A stretch of DNA of 64,000 nt from Rebecca billardiae RCC1528 (lineage: Eukaryota; Protista; Haptophyta): NCBI GenBank assembly GCA_965240325.2, contig OZ251231.1, positions 2,294,001 to 2,358,000 of the forward strand. Direction: 5' to 3'. Positions 35,022 through 46,418 of the stretch are shown one piece after another (the stretch's first letter is position 1; the number at the start of each line of letters is the position of its first letter). The position numbers were made by a program, and so were the translations under genes. A model generated the notes under the pieces. The model ran no database searches. It saw only the letters and a list, made by a program, of their open reading frames with translations, and was not told where the DNA came from.

Positions 35022-36734
35022 TCAAGCCAGCGGCTGCCTCGGCTTGCTGGCGTCGTGGCGCCGAGCACCCATCACGGCAAGTGCCACGAGAGCGGCAGCG
35101 ACCAGCGCGCCGGCTGCACCGCACGCGGCACCGAACGCGGCGCCCGCAGCGAACGGATCGTGCCGTGGCGTAATGCCAGCCGGCGACCCACCCTCGAGCG
35201 TCAGGCCGTGCGGCGCGTCGTCGATGCGCCATCGGAGGCTGACCGAGCCGAGCGAGTTGTCCTTGCCGCGGGGTGCGCTGCGCCACGAGCCGCGGCCGCT
35301 CGCGAGCGGCAACGTGGTATTGCCGCTCGGCGAGTCGACGCTGAAGAGCGCGTGCCCGACGAGCGTGCCCCGCCGCCCGTCAGGCCCGTCGGCGTCGTAC
35401 ACCTCGGCGATGATGACTGGGGCGTCCGGGTCGACGTTGAGCTTGAGCTCGAGCCCCGACCACAGCACGATGCTCGAGTCAGCCACGCGGGCGGTCTTCG
35501 CGGTCGAGCCGCCCACGCCCTTGAGCAGGACGTACACGTCGGAGAGGTCGGGCTTCGCGGCATCGGCCGCGTCCTTGTCCAAGTCCGGCACGCCAATCAC
35601 GGCGATGTCCGACACGGTGAGGGACAGCGGGCCCCTCTTCGGCGGCCGGCCGCGGCTGCGCTGGTCTCCGACCGGCGCCGGAGGCTTGGGCCGCGCGGCA
35701 GCGAGCGCGGCCTCGTACGACTCCGGGCCGCCGCACTCGGTGTGGATGTTGCTGTTGCCCAGCATGTACGACACGGTGCCCTGCGAGAGGTACACCTGGC
35801 CCCAGCCCGAGCCCTCCTGCTGCACGGTGTTGCCTGCAGGCGCACAGGGGGAAGGGAAGGCGGGGCCGGGTCGGTGGCGCGCTCGTGGTGCGCGCGCGCC
35901 AGCGTCGCGCGACAGGGCGCGCACCAGAGAAGCTGTTGTCGTCGTGGATCGCGATCTGCGAGGTCTCGAGCAGCCCGACGGCAGGCGCGTCCTCCGAGGC
36001 CTGGTTGCCCGTGAAGGTGTTGCCCGACAGGCCGCCGCCAGTGCCACCGCTGACGACCACCGCGCCGCCCAGCTGCGCGACGTTCCCAGTGAAGCCGCAC
36101 TTGGTGAGGCTGAGCCCGTCCGAGTTGGTCGCGGCGAGGGCGCCGCCGACGCTCGCCGCACGGTTGCCCGTGAACGACGACTCCGTGATGCTCACGCCCT
36201 TGCCGTTGACCACGGCGACTGCGCCGCCAGCCTCGGCGGCGGACGAGACGCGGAACGAGCAGCCACTGACGAGCACATCTGACGAGTCGCGCAGCAGGAG
36301 CGCGCCGCCAGAGCCCGTCCCGGATGCCGAGGCCTGCACGCGCCACACAGCCGGCGCACGTGCCAGGCGTGAGGTGACGCACGACCGACAGGGACGCATG
36401 GCGCGCGCGGAGCACGCACCTCGCTCCGCCCGTTGTTGAATGCGATGTTCTTGATCTGGAAGTCCTGCACATCAACCAGCTCGAGGATGCGCGTGGTACC
36501 CCCACCGTCGAGCACCGCGTCGCGCTGATTCCGTCCAACCAGCTTGACTGAGTGCACGTTCTGGAGGGCAAGAGGCTTGGTGAGCGAGTAGGTGCCAGCG
36601 TCCTTCAGGTTGATGGTGTCGCCCGACCCCACCTGGGTGAAGGCGGCCTCAAGCTCGACGGACGTGTGCACATTGTACGACTTGCCAAGCGCCCCCGTCG
36701 CGCCGAGCAGCGCGATCCACGCCGCACGCAGCAT
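35022..36734 (-). CDS. Type I membrane protein: signal peptide, pectin-lyase-like beta-helix, C2-like domain, C-terminal TM (2 introns)
   Basis: MLRAAWIALLGATGALG signal; VLDGGGTTRIL, GGA(V/L) and FTGN repeats; PDLDKD...SDVYV and AEVYDADGPD C2-like loops; hydrophobic ALVAAALVALAVMG then basic tail. Confidence 0.7.
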
Positions 36735-37288
36735 CGTTGAGTCGCGGGACCGTGCCCCGGCCGTGAGCTTGCTGGGCGTGACGCCCGAAACTCCGCGAGC
36801 TGTGGCGCCGCCCGCCGCCGCCGAGCCGCAATTGATCTTCGCGATCAATTTCTGCTGGCCGAAAAGTCCGTTGCCAAAAGGAACTTTCACTGCCCGGACT
36901 CAGCCCTGAACAAGTCACTGGGCCTGGGGCTTGCCTGAGTCAGAGTAATTGGGCAAGCTCTCAAGCTGCTGGCAGTGGCTACAGTTTACTAAGAATAAGA
37001 GACGCACACAGCTCAGGCAGGCGACAGTTTACTAATAAGAATAAGAGACGCACAGCTCAGGCAGTACTATCTATGCTCTGCCACCAACGCCGACTTCGTG
37101 TCGGCGACCGGGCACTGCCGCCCGGACGTAAATCAGGAAACCCGCGTCGTCCCTGCTAATACCTGTGTCGTTACTATCATACGGATACTGGTTGGCGCAG
37201 CTGGGCGTCAATATCCGCCTGCTGGCGCGCTGCATTCAGAATTACAGAGCGCTGGCGTGTTGACGTGTCCGAGTTAGTCTACTGTCTC

Positions 37289-38918
37289 TATGACCGCGTT
37301 CCGCGGTCCTTTTCCGTAGAACGAACGTAGTTCGGCCGCGGGGCCCGCGGTGGCGGTGCACCCTCCGTCGCAGTCGTCCCGTACGTAACTAGACTCCATC
37401 CAGCGGCGCGCCGCCCAGCGCCGCGCCGCCGCCGGCCCGGCCGGCCGGCCGGGCGCGGGCGCGTCGGCGGCTGGCGTGCGCCGAGTGTGGATGTCGGTCG
37501 TCGGCCGAGCTGCCCTCATCACAGACGGCCCTTACCTGACCCCCTGCGCGTGCGCGACGGCCGACAGGCGGATGCGACTCGGCGTGATCGACGCACGAGC
37601 GCGACTCTTGCACGCCAGGCCACCGGCGGAGCTGACTGACAGCCAGGGAGCCGACGGCGCGGGACCGCGGATTCGATCGACTTCGTTCGGGCCTGCCGCT
37701 GACCGTCGTCGCCGCGACGCCAGCAGCGCAGGAGTAGATGATCTGCAGGTCAGTAGGGTTCGACCTGCGCGCCTGCGCGACGGCCGACAGGCGGGCGCGA
37801 GGCGTGAGCGACGCATGAGCGCGACTCTACGTGCACACCAGGCCCACGCGGCCGAGCTGACTGACCGAGCCAGGGAGCACGGTGCGAGCAGCCATGCAGC
37901 ACCGGTGCTTGCGCGCGCCGCGCGTGCACGGGGTGACACATCTCGGTCAGGCTCGGCACGCGTCGCAGAGGCACGGCCAGCTCTGGGCACGCCAGGCGCC
38001 CAGGCCACGCGGAGCTGACAGCCACGGGGAGCCGACGGCGCGGGGCCGCGTGGTGATGTCGGAGACTCAGAGATCGATCAGTCCGGCATCATGCGCCGCT
38101 GCCCCCGAGCTTGCGAGAGCCCGAACACAGGGCGGCGGCTGCGGCGGCGCGGCTCGCGGCCGCGCGGCCGGCCGCGCAGGCATCGACAGGGCGCGGCAGG
38201 GGCGTGCGGAGTGATTAGTGAGCGGGCACGAACGCGATGTCGACGGCCGTCGGGACCCGCCGCAGACGCGCGCTCCAGGCGCCACTCGGCACTCGCCACG
38301 CGCACCTGCCCATCGAGCGCCCCCTTGGACCGTTGACGAGAGTCGTCGCGGCTCGCTCGCCACCCCCGAAGAAAACCTGCACACGTCCTTGGGCAGGTTT
38401 TGAGCTCGCCAGCTCGGTAAGTCAGTGACTATGGAATGGGCTGGCAACGAATAGCTGCGCGGGTATTTTCAATAAGGCTTGCGGGTTTTAGACTCTAGAT
38501 ACCAACCGCCGCGAAGCCAAGTTCGTATTCATCAAGGCGGAGGCAAACTATGATACATGGATACGAAGCGCTGTAAATGTTCTCCAGCATGAATACGACC
38601 CCGTGATGAAGATTTTGCCGCTAACGATGTGTAAAAATAGCCTCAAAGAAGCTGACGCTTGTATTGGACTTGTAACCGTCCTACTTCACACTCACGCCCG
38701 GCCGTCCACGATTGATTTATGATTAGGGGAATAGTGTGGGCGCGGTTTTTTCTCCGTAATGCATGTGTAGAGAGGGTCTCAAAAATCGAAACTCGGTCTC
38801 CGCCAGCCCTAAAAATCGCCCCCCGTCCCTTTTTTCTTGATCAAAGATCTTTTTGAAACGTGGTTCGGGCCCGCTGGTGCGGGCTCCACGCTGCGCGCTC
38901 CGCCTGCACCGCGGGCCA
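37289..38918 (-). mobile_element. Helentron/DINE-1-like family 1 copy C
   Basis: Reverse complement of both family ends; interior homologous to copy A (e.g. TGATGCCGGACTGATCGATCTCTGAGTC). Confidence 0.75.
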
Positions 38919-38938
38919 TGAGTAGTCTTATATAATAA

Positions 38939-40498
38939 TGGCCCGCGGTGCAGGGCGGAGCGCGCAGCGTGGAGCCCGCACCAGCGGGCCCGAACCACGT
39001 TTCAAAAAGATCTTTGATCAAAGAAAAAAGGGACGGGGGACGATTTTCAGGGCTGGAGGAGACCGAGTTTCGAATTTTGAGACTCCCTTACAGGTGCATC
39101 CTCGTCGAAAAAGGGCGCGTCCGCCGTCTTGAATAGTGAACAGAGGAATCAACGAAACCCGCGCCCAAGTGTGCGAGGCAGGGTAATTGTGGGTAGACTC
39201 TCCTTAATGTAGTGTGACCATAGTAAAATAATATGGCCTCGCCGCTGCAAGATGCCAAGAACGACCGTTGACATAATCGTCCAACCAACTCCAATAGTGC
39301 GAGAGATTGAAAATACCCGCCGCAGCTATCCGCTGGAGTGGTCGCCTCGCCGCCTCGGCCAAGGACTGCCAGCACAGCCGAACGAAAGCGAACGGAGGCC
39401 GAGGGGCGGCCCGCTGCGGCAGCGCACGATCGTTCAATCCGACGGACTCAGCGCAGGTGCGCGCTGCTGCGGCGGGTATCCCGACGGTCGTCAGCGTCGC
39501 TTTCGTGCCCGCTCACCCCGCGCGCCCCGCCCTGCCGATCCCTCTTCGGCCCAGTCAGTGCGGTTTCCAACCGAGCACCGGACCGCGGACACGAATCGAT
39601 GTCGACGCTCGCGCGCGGAGAGCAGTCGGCGACGGTACGAGGAGGAGACCGCGGGGCATCCTAACGCGTGAATCCATGCGCGCGCCCGCGCGCGCCACGC
39701 CGCACGCCGCGCAGCTGAACTCTCGGCATGTTCAAGCGCGGGCGGTCGCGAGGACGTCGCGGTTCAGCCGCGTCAGTCTCGCCGAGCCTGATCTGCAGTG
39801 CGGAGCCTTCGCCTGATCCAGTCGGCGTGGTGCGAGCGGGTAGTCTTGGACGTTTTGTCGGGATGTGGAGCAGCCACCACGGCCATCTCGCTCGCCCAAG
39901 CCCTCGCTCGCGCCGTCCATGGCCGAGCTGTGATGGCTCATCCGCGTGCGGCGTGCTGACTGACTGGAGCCTCTGGCTGGACATGATGCAGCGGCGCGGC
40001 AAGCAGCGCGCGCAGATCTGCGGGCGACGAGACTGGGCGAGTCCGAGTCGCAGCACGAGCTGGACCACGCGCACATCCTTTTTGCTCTCGTCCGCCGCAT
40101 CCGAGCTGTCTCGAGTCTCGACGGCTTGACTGGCGCATGGGCGGGCGTTTCGCGCGCGAGCTCGGAGCTCGGACTGCGCGCTGACCGTGAGCGGCGGCTC
40201 TCACTCACTCAGTGACTGAGAGCCAGCTCTGGCGCTGATGGGCACGACGGATGCCTGACTGCCTGACACGAGAGCCACAGGCTGATCTGCGAGCGGCGAG
40301 TCCGCGCGACGATGGCGAGGTTAGTGGCCGATATGCGAATCCGGGGCGACGCCGCCGGCTGTGTGAGTGTCCGTGGTGGTCGGACGGAGCGGGTGGCACA
40401 CCGCACAGACTGTCAGACGGCCGGCACAGACAGACTCTGCACCGCGGGCCCCCAACTACGTTGGTTCTGACGGAAGAGGACCGCGGAACGCGGTCATA
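38939..40498 (+). mobile_element. Helentron/DINE-1-like family 1 copy D, head-to-head with copy C
   Basis: 5' TGGCCCGCGGTGCA; subTIR TGCACCGCGGGCC 40438-40450; 3' GACCGCGGAACGCGGTCATA. Confidence 0.75.
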
Positions 40499-41217
40499 TA
40501 TAGGCTTCAACTGTAGTAGTACCGTCACAGTAGCGCGCTGTAGCCTGTAGATGATAGTAGACGTAGCGCACCACGACGATTTCCCACCGGGCGGGTCTAG
40601 GCAGTCTTGGTGAGAATCGAAAACGCAATGTCGGTCGGCGAGCGGAGCAGTAGACTCTATTTACAAAAGCAAGGGGAACACTTACTCACGGTGCCGTGAC
40701 TGTGAGTAATTTGAGTATAGTATTCGGTCGGCGACTGAACCCTCTATCGCCCTTGCAGGCCGTCCATAGTCGAAATGCTTGTAAGGAGGTCGGCGTTCCA
40801 ACCGCGGCTACCGCCCAAAGACCTGGGCCGCTCGGCGAGAGGGCAGGCGGTGCGGTGGTTCAGTTTACTAGTAAGAATCAGACAGAGACGCACACAGCTC
40901 AGGCAGGCGAGATTGACGCCATCGAGACTGTCGATCTATACTACGACGGCCAATCACGGATACCGTGTTACTGTTAAGACGGTAGTCGTAGTATATAAAT
41001 AACGCGGTAGTGCGCGCACTGCGCGGCGCACGAAACTGACGATATATATATAATAAAGCCAATATAATTACTCGGTCGTCGTTTCGGTCAGACAGGAGCA
41101 GTCATATATATATGAGGAGCTGCATGAGCAGCAGACGCATATAGATCTGCGCGCATGTCCTGACGGATGTTCATCATGTTGCTGCGCTGCCCGAAAGGAA
41201 ACTACCTGAAAGCGTCC

Positions 41218-43533
41218 TCAGCCGCGGCGGCCTCGCCTTGCAGAGGGCAACAATGATGCGACGAGCCCCTCGCGACAGCGCACCATGCTCTTGTGGTGCA
41301 CCACTCGGCTTTGGCTAGAGCGCTTCTCCCCGTCGTCGGCATCTGCTTCCGGCAAGGAGAACGTGATGCCAGCAGCAGCGCGCGCCAGTGCCGCGCCGTG
41401 CGCTGCGGAGCGCGCGGCTAAGGATGGCAGGATGCTGGGCAGCGCGCCGGTCTGGAGGAGGTGCCGGTGGCCAGCCTGCGCACGCCTATGCATCGGCGTC
41501 GGCACCGCTGCGGCCGCGCAGCCAGGCAGCCCCCTCCCGCCGCGCTCAGTCCGGGCGCCAGGTGCCGCGGCCGGGAGCGCGGCCTGCAGCACGCGATCGC
41601 GCAGCCGTGCGAGCGCGCTGAGCGGGAACGCCCCGCCTCCGTCGATGATCAGCACGCCCTCGCGCGCACGCACGAGCAGCTGCGCTGCCGCGGCCGCGCT
41701 CTGCGCGCCGAGCAGCTCTGCCATGTGCACACGGGCGACGCCAGCACCGCCCGCGCCGCGCGCCGCTGCCTCGATGTCAGCGAGGTCGGGCTCGTGCAGC
41801 TCGAGCGCGGCGTCGCACCCCAGCCAGGCGTAGCGGCGTGCGCGGTGCACGCCCCCGCACGGCAGCGCGCGCGCCGCCTCCCACAGCAGAGCGCGCGACG
41901 GCGTGCGCAGCGGCAGCCGCCCTGCGCCGCGCGGCACGGGCAGCAGCGGGAGCACAGGCTCCCGGCCCAGGCAGAGGCTGAGCTCAAGGAGGGGGAGCAC
42001 CACCCCGCGCTCGGCGCGCTCCGCGGCCGCCGAGCCGTTGCGCCCGTGCGGCCGGGCGTCGGAGGGCGCGAAGCCGCGCACGCCGAGCGCGCGCACCGTG
42101 CCCGCGCGCACGAGCGAGTCGACATTGTCTGCGCCGAGTCGGCGCGCCCACTGCCGCCCGTCCGCGTCCGCCAGGCGCAGCGCCGCGTGCCGCACGCCCT
42201 TTGGCAGCCCCGCCAGGTGCGCCATCGCCGTCACGGTGGCGTGCGCGCCCGGCGCGTGCGCGCAGGCCGGCGCCTGCACATCTGCCGCGCCTGGCCCGGC
42301 GGCCGCCCGCTCGGCGGGCGGCTCCGTCGGCTCGGCGGACGCGCAGCCACGCAGCAGCTGCTGCAGCTTGGACGCGTGCGCAAAGAGTGTTGGCGGTGCG
42401 ACCAGCAGCCGAGACGTATTGGCGCTCGGTGCAGCGCGCTCCGGTGCGAGTGTCGAGTCTGCCGCCGCGCCGCCGCCGCCGCCACTGCGGAGCGGCAGGA
42501 GCGTGAACGCACGCCCACGGCTGAGCGTCCTCTTGCCGCAGAAGGCAATGGTGCTGGCTCCCGCTGTCAGCCGAGCCGTGCCGCGCTCGGCCGCGCCCGT
42601 CCGGGCGGTGCTGTCCAAAGGCGGGATGTACACCGAGGCCGCCTCTCGCCGCACTTCCTTGAGCACCGGGGATGCCAGCTCTGCGAGCGCCGCGGCCTCC
42701 TCGCGCGTCGCGTGCCTACGTATGGGCAGCATCGCGCTCTTGAGCACGCTCGTCACCCACACCCTCCGGCCGAGCACCGACGACATGAGCGCGTCATTGA
42801 GATGGTTCTGCTCGTCCATCCAGCCCTTGCGCTCGTCCACGCGGCCCAGCCACGGGAGGATGGCGCGCACCGACGCGTTGAGCTCGGGCAGCGGGCGCGA
42901 GAACGTGTCGAGTGCGCGCACCAGCTCTCGCAGCATCGACGCGGCGGGCGTGCCGGGCGCCGCGAGCCGCCCGCGCACGTACAGGACGCCGCCGTTCGCC
43001 CACGGCGAGTCCTCCTGCAGCACGATCGCATACGCGCGCAGCGGGGGCGCGCCGAGCAGCGGGAACGGGTTGGCGAACCAGACGGTGTCCGAGTCCGTCT
43101 GCAGCACGGAGAGCCCTCCCTCGACGGCGAGGCGGTACAGCAGCCGCTTACGCGAGACGAACAGGCGGTGCCTCAAGGGGATTCGGCGGTGCCAGCGCCC
43201 GCCCGGCGCCCACGACGACCAGGCGCAGCTGACATCGCGGAGCGCGCGCACGCGAGCCCCGCACACCGTGGGCTCGGCGACGTGGAGGAGGATGCCATTC
43301 TGGTATCCGATCGCGCGCAGCTGCAGCACTGTCCACGACGCCGCAGGGACACCTTTGTCATCCGCGCTCACGAGCACGAGCTCGCCAGCAGAGGCGGCAG
43401 CCCAGGCGACAAGTTTTTCCAACGCGCTGCGCTCCTCCAGGTCCGCCGGCGCAGGGACCAAGCGCGAGGCGTCTTGCGCCCACGTCAACAGCACCAGCGC
43501 GAGCAGTCCACCGCAGCATGCTCTGCAATTCAT
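41218..43533 (-). CDS. Nucleotide-diphospho-sugar transferase (GT77-like)
   Basis: N-terminal signal/anchor; VLQTDSDTVWFANPFPLL (DxD), ANGGVLYVR, DEQNHLNDAL. Confidence 0.8.
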   Translation of the reverse strand: MNCRACCGGLLALVLLTWAQDASRLVPAPADLEERSALEKLVAWAAASAGELVLVSADDKGVPAASWTVLQLRAIGYQNGILLHVAEPTVCGARVRALRDVSCAWSSWAPGGRWHRRIPLRHRLFVSRKRLLYRLAVEGGLSVLQTDSDTVWFANPFPLLGAPPLRAYAIVLQEDSPWANGGVLYVRGRLAAPGTPAASMLRELVRALDTFSRPLPELNASVRAILPWLGRVDERKGWMDEQNHLNDALMSSVLGRRVWVTSVLKSAMLPIRRHATREEAAALAELASPVLKEVRREAASVYIPPLDSTARTGAAERGTARLTAGASTIAFCGKRTLSRGRAFTLLPLRSGGGGGAAADSTLAPERAAPSANTSRLLVAPPTLFAHASKLQQLLRGCASAEPTEPPAERAAAGPGAADVQAPACAHAPGAHATVTAMAHLAGLPKGVRHAALRLADADGRQWARRLGADNVDSLVRAGTVRALGVRGFAPSDARPHGRNGSAAAERAERGVVLPLLELSLCLGREPVLPLLPVPRGAGRLPLRTPSRALLWEAARALPCGGVHRARRYAWLGCDAALELHEPDLADIEAAARGAGGAGVARVHMAELLGAQSAAAAAQLLVRAREGVLIIDGGGAFPLSALARLRDRVLQAALPAAAPGARTERGGRGLPGCAAAAVPTPMHRRAQAGHRHLLQTGALPSILPSLAARSAAHGAALARAAAGITFSLPEADADDGEKRSSQSRVVHHKSMVRCREGLVASLLPSARRGRRG

Positions 43534-43950
43534 CACGGCTCACGTTGCACAAGCAGCGGAGGGACCTCATGCGCCGCCATCGCGGTTGCTGATCTCTCCG
43601 CCCCGCCGCACAGCCGGTCTGGGCATCGTCCGACGAGTGGCGACGACGACGAAACCTGATGACGATTCGACGATACTGGTTCACCGGTACCATAGGCGAG
43701 TGTACATTGTCAATGTCATTGACAGTCGTACCCCCGTAGGCCTAGCTCTGCGGAGTGCGCGGCTCTGCCAAGGGTAGTCAAACGCCTCCCGGTCTCGGTA
43801 CGATCGGATGGCTGATGATTGACTCTGAGTCTGACGGTGATGGCACTCAGGCTCCTCCGTCCTCGCGTTCATCATTGTCCGCATGCAGTCGGCGGCCCGC
43901 ATCACGGGCACGCCGGCCCGTGCTGCGTCGGCGCGCTGTGCACGCGGTCA

Positions 43951-44847
43951 TTACCGCCCCGACGCATCCTCCTTTGTGCGCTCGACCTTCATCTCGCGCC
44001 CCGCGATCCATGCGCCGTTGAGCGCCTGCAGCGCGCGCGTCGCCTCCTCGGGCGAGCTCATCGACACAAAGCCGAAGCCCTTGCTCAGCCCTGTCTGCGC
44101 GTCGGAGTTCACCTCGCACCTCAGCACAGAGCCGAAGCGGGAGAAGGCCTCGCGCATGTCGAACTCGTCGAAGTCGTCGACCTCGCCGCGGCGCATCTTG
44201 CGCACGACGAAGAGGTTCGAACCGGGCGGGCCCTTCACGCTTGCGCCGGGCGGCAGCTCTGGCCGCGGCCGCGGGTTGTAGTCAGGCGGCCGCTCGTACG
44301 TGGAGACACCCGTGCGCCGGTTGTAGTAGTACGCGGCGCCGTTCGCCGGGTTGGTCGCCGCTTGCCAGCTCGAGTCGTGCGGCGGGCGCGACTTTGGCAG
44401 GGCGAGCTCGATCGTGGACAGCTCTTGCGTCAGCGCCGAGTGCTCCTGCTGCCGCGACGCCAGCTGCGCCTCCATGCCCGCAATCTCAGTGCGCAGAGCG
44501 TTGACCTCGGCGCGCAGCGACACGGCCTCGGAGGGCAGGTGCGCCGAGGCTGGCTGTGTGTCCACGGTCGACACAGCTTTCGGCCGCTCCGGTGGTGCCG
44601 GCGGAGGCGGCAAGCCGGAGTGGGCGCCAGCAACGCCATCACTGCCGTTGTCGACGGCCAAGCTCAGCTGAGCATCCACGGGTGCCTCGGCGGCTGGCGG
44701 GGCAACCGCTGCGGCGGTAGGGGCATCGACGTGTGGCAGAGGAGCGCATTCGCTCTCCTGCCCCGCCTGCACCGCGGCAGATTCGAGCTCGGCAGCGGGG
44801 GAGTCCGCCGCCGGCGCGTGCACCTCCGACAGGGCGCGCTTGCCCAT
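43951..44847 (-). CDS. WW-domain + RRM RNA-binding protein
   Basis: WQAATNPANGAAYYYNRRTGVSTYERP (WW); GPPGSNLFV...FSRFGSV...SKGFGFVSM (RNP1); start uncertain (44847 or 44877). Confidence 0.85.
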   Translation of the reverse strand: MGKRALSEVHAPAADSPAAELESAAVQAGQESECAPLPHVDAPTAAAVAPPAAEAPVDAQLSLAVDNGSDGVAGAHSGLPPPPAPPERPKAVSTVDTQPASAHLPSEAVSLRAEVNALRTEIAGMEAQLASRQQEHSALTQELSTIELALPKSRPPHDSSWQAATNPANGAAYYYNRRTGVSTYERPPDYNPRPRPELPPGASVKGPPGSNLFVVRKMRRGEVDDFDEFDMREAFSRFGSVLRCEVNSDAQTGLSKGFGFVSMSSPEEATRALQALNGAWIAGREMKVERTKEDASGR

Positions 44848-45061
44848 AAAGACTGGCCGATTATGGCGCTCTCTCATAGCTTGTCCTGATGACTGCGCCA
44901 GGTCCGAGTGGTCGCCTACCGTGAAATCGACGCAAAAAAAGATTTTCGCGCATTTGCGGAAACGCGGGGCCCGGCCGCCCGTCAGGCTGGCTTGCGCCGC
45001 TGGCGAAACGCTCTGTGGCTTGACGACCACTCGGACCTTCGGCCGTCAGACAGGAGGTCGT

Positions 45062-45688
45062 CTACCGCCCGCGCGCCGCGGCCTCGCACGGCGCGGAGAG
45101 GCCGATCCAGGGGGCGACAGCCGCTTGGGCGCGGTCTACCTTGACGCCCTCGAGGCGCCCACAGCGCCGAACGACCCTACACAGCTCACCTCGCCGCGCG
45201 CGAGCGCGTTCAAAACGGCCTCCATCGAGGCTCTCTGCTGCGGCCAGTCTTTCCGTGGCCGGCGCACGCCGCACGGTGCAGAGTTGCGCACTGTTTGCGC
45301 AAGGGGAGTCAGGGTACAGCACGTCCAGTTGGGCTGCAGCTGGAGCTTGGGTCCAAAAGCTTCCCGCGGCGCAGCGGCACTCGCCGCCGCCGCCGCCGTC
45401 GAGGGGCGGTTGTGGCGCGCACGGCGTGAGCCGCTGCGGGCGCTGAGGTGCGCGCGACGGCGGCGCGCCCGGCGGCGCTGCTGTAGGAGGCCACTGCCCT
45501 CCTCTCTGCCCCGCGCGCTTCGCTCGTCGTCGCCGTCTCCGCGCCTGCGACTCAGCGCGCACGCGAGCGCGGCACCGCCCGGCAGCCGGGGCAATCTCTG
45601 CCGTGACTGCGCATGTGCGTCGCGACCTGGTCGGCCCAGCGCGCGAGGCGCGTGCGGGCGAGGTAGGGCCAGTATGGGCGCGCGCCAT
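45062..45688 (-). CDS. Possible hypothetical gene or exon whose 5' part is duplicated in inverted orientation
   Basis: C-terminal half (SFWTQAPAAAQLDVLYPDSPCANSAQLCTV...) looks protein-like and runs past the repeat boundary; no recognised domain. Confidence 0.3.
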   Translation of the reverse strand: MARAHTGPTSPARASRAGPTRSRRTCAVTAEIAPAAGRCRARVRAESQARRRRRRAKRAGQRGGQWPPTAAPPGAPPSRAPQRPQRLTPCAPQPPLDGGGGGECRCAAGSFWTQAPAAAQLDVLYPDSPCANSAQLCTVRRAPATERLAAAESLDGGRFERARARRGELCRVVRRCGRLEGVKVDRAQAAVAPWIGLSAPCEAAARGR

Positions 45689-46418
45689 GCCGCCTCAAGT
45701 AAGCCCATCAGAGCGTACAACAGGGAACTGAGCACGTGTGTCTGGTTGGCCGCTCAGTGGACTGTGTTCAAGCAATGCACGGGCCATCGTCGAGGCGATC
45801 TCGAGGCACTCAGTCAAAACGTCAGTTCAGCGCGCAGACGACCTGGGTGAGAGTCACTGACAATGTATGACTCGCATGATCACAAAAGGCTCTGCAACTA
45901 TCGCGTCTGTACGCCTACTGCCTCGATCGTGCACACTGACGCCTGCGCTTGGGTGCCGCATTGTTTGTCAACGTTGTCGACAGAGGTGCAAGGCCCGCGA
46001 CATGCCCACCGGCGCAAGGTCGAGGCGGCATGGCGCGCGCCCATACTGGCCCTACCTCGCCCGCACGCGCCTCGCGCGCTGGGCCGACCAGGTCGCGACG
46101 CACATGCGCAGTCACGGCAGAGATTGCCCCGGCTGCCGGGCGGTGCCGCGCTCGCGTGCGCGCTGAGTCGCAGGCGCGGAGACGGCGACGACGAGCGAAG
46201 CGCGCGGGGCAGAGAGGAGGGCAGTGGCCTCCTACAGCAGCGCCGCCGGGCGCGCCGCCGTCGCGCGCACCTCAGCGCCCGCAGCGGCTCACGCCGTGCG
46301 CGCCACAACCGCCCCTCGACGGCGGCGGCGGCGGCGAGTGCCGCTGCGCCGCGGGAAGCTTTTGGACCCAAGCTCCAGCTGCAGCCCAACTGGACGTGCT
46401 GTACCCTGACTCCCCTTG
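45300..46418. repeat. 397-bp inverted repeat with 325-bp spacer
   Basis: 45300-45696 is the reverse complement of 46022-46418; identical peptides appear on opposite strands in the ORF track. Confidence 0.92.
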
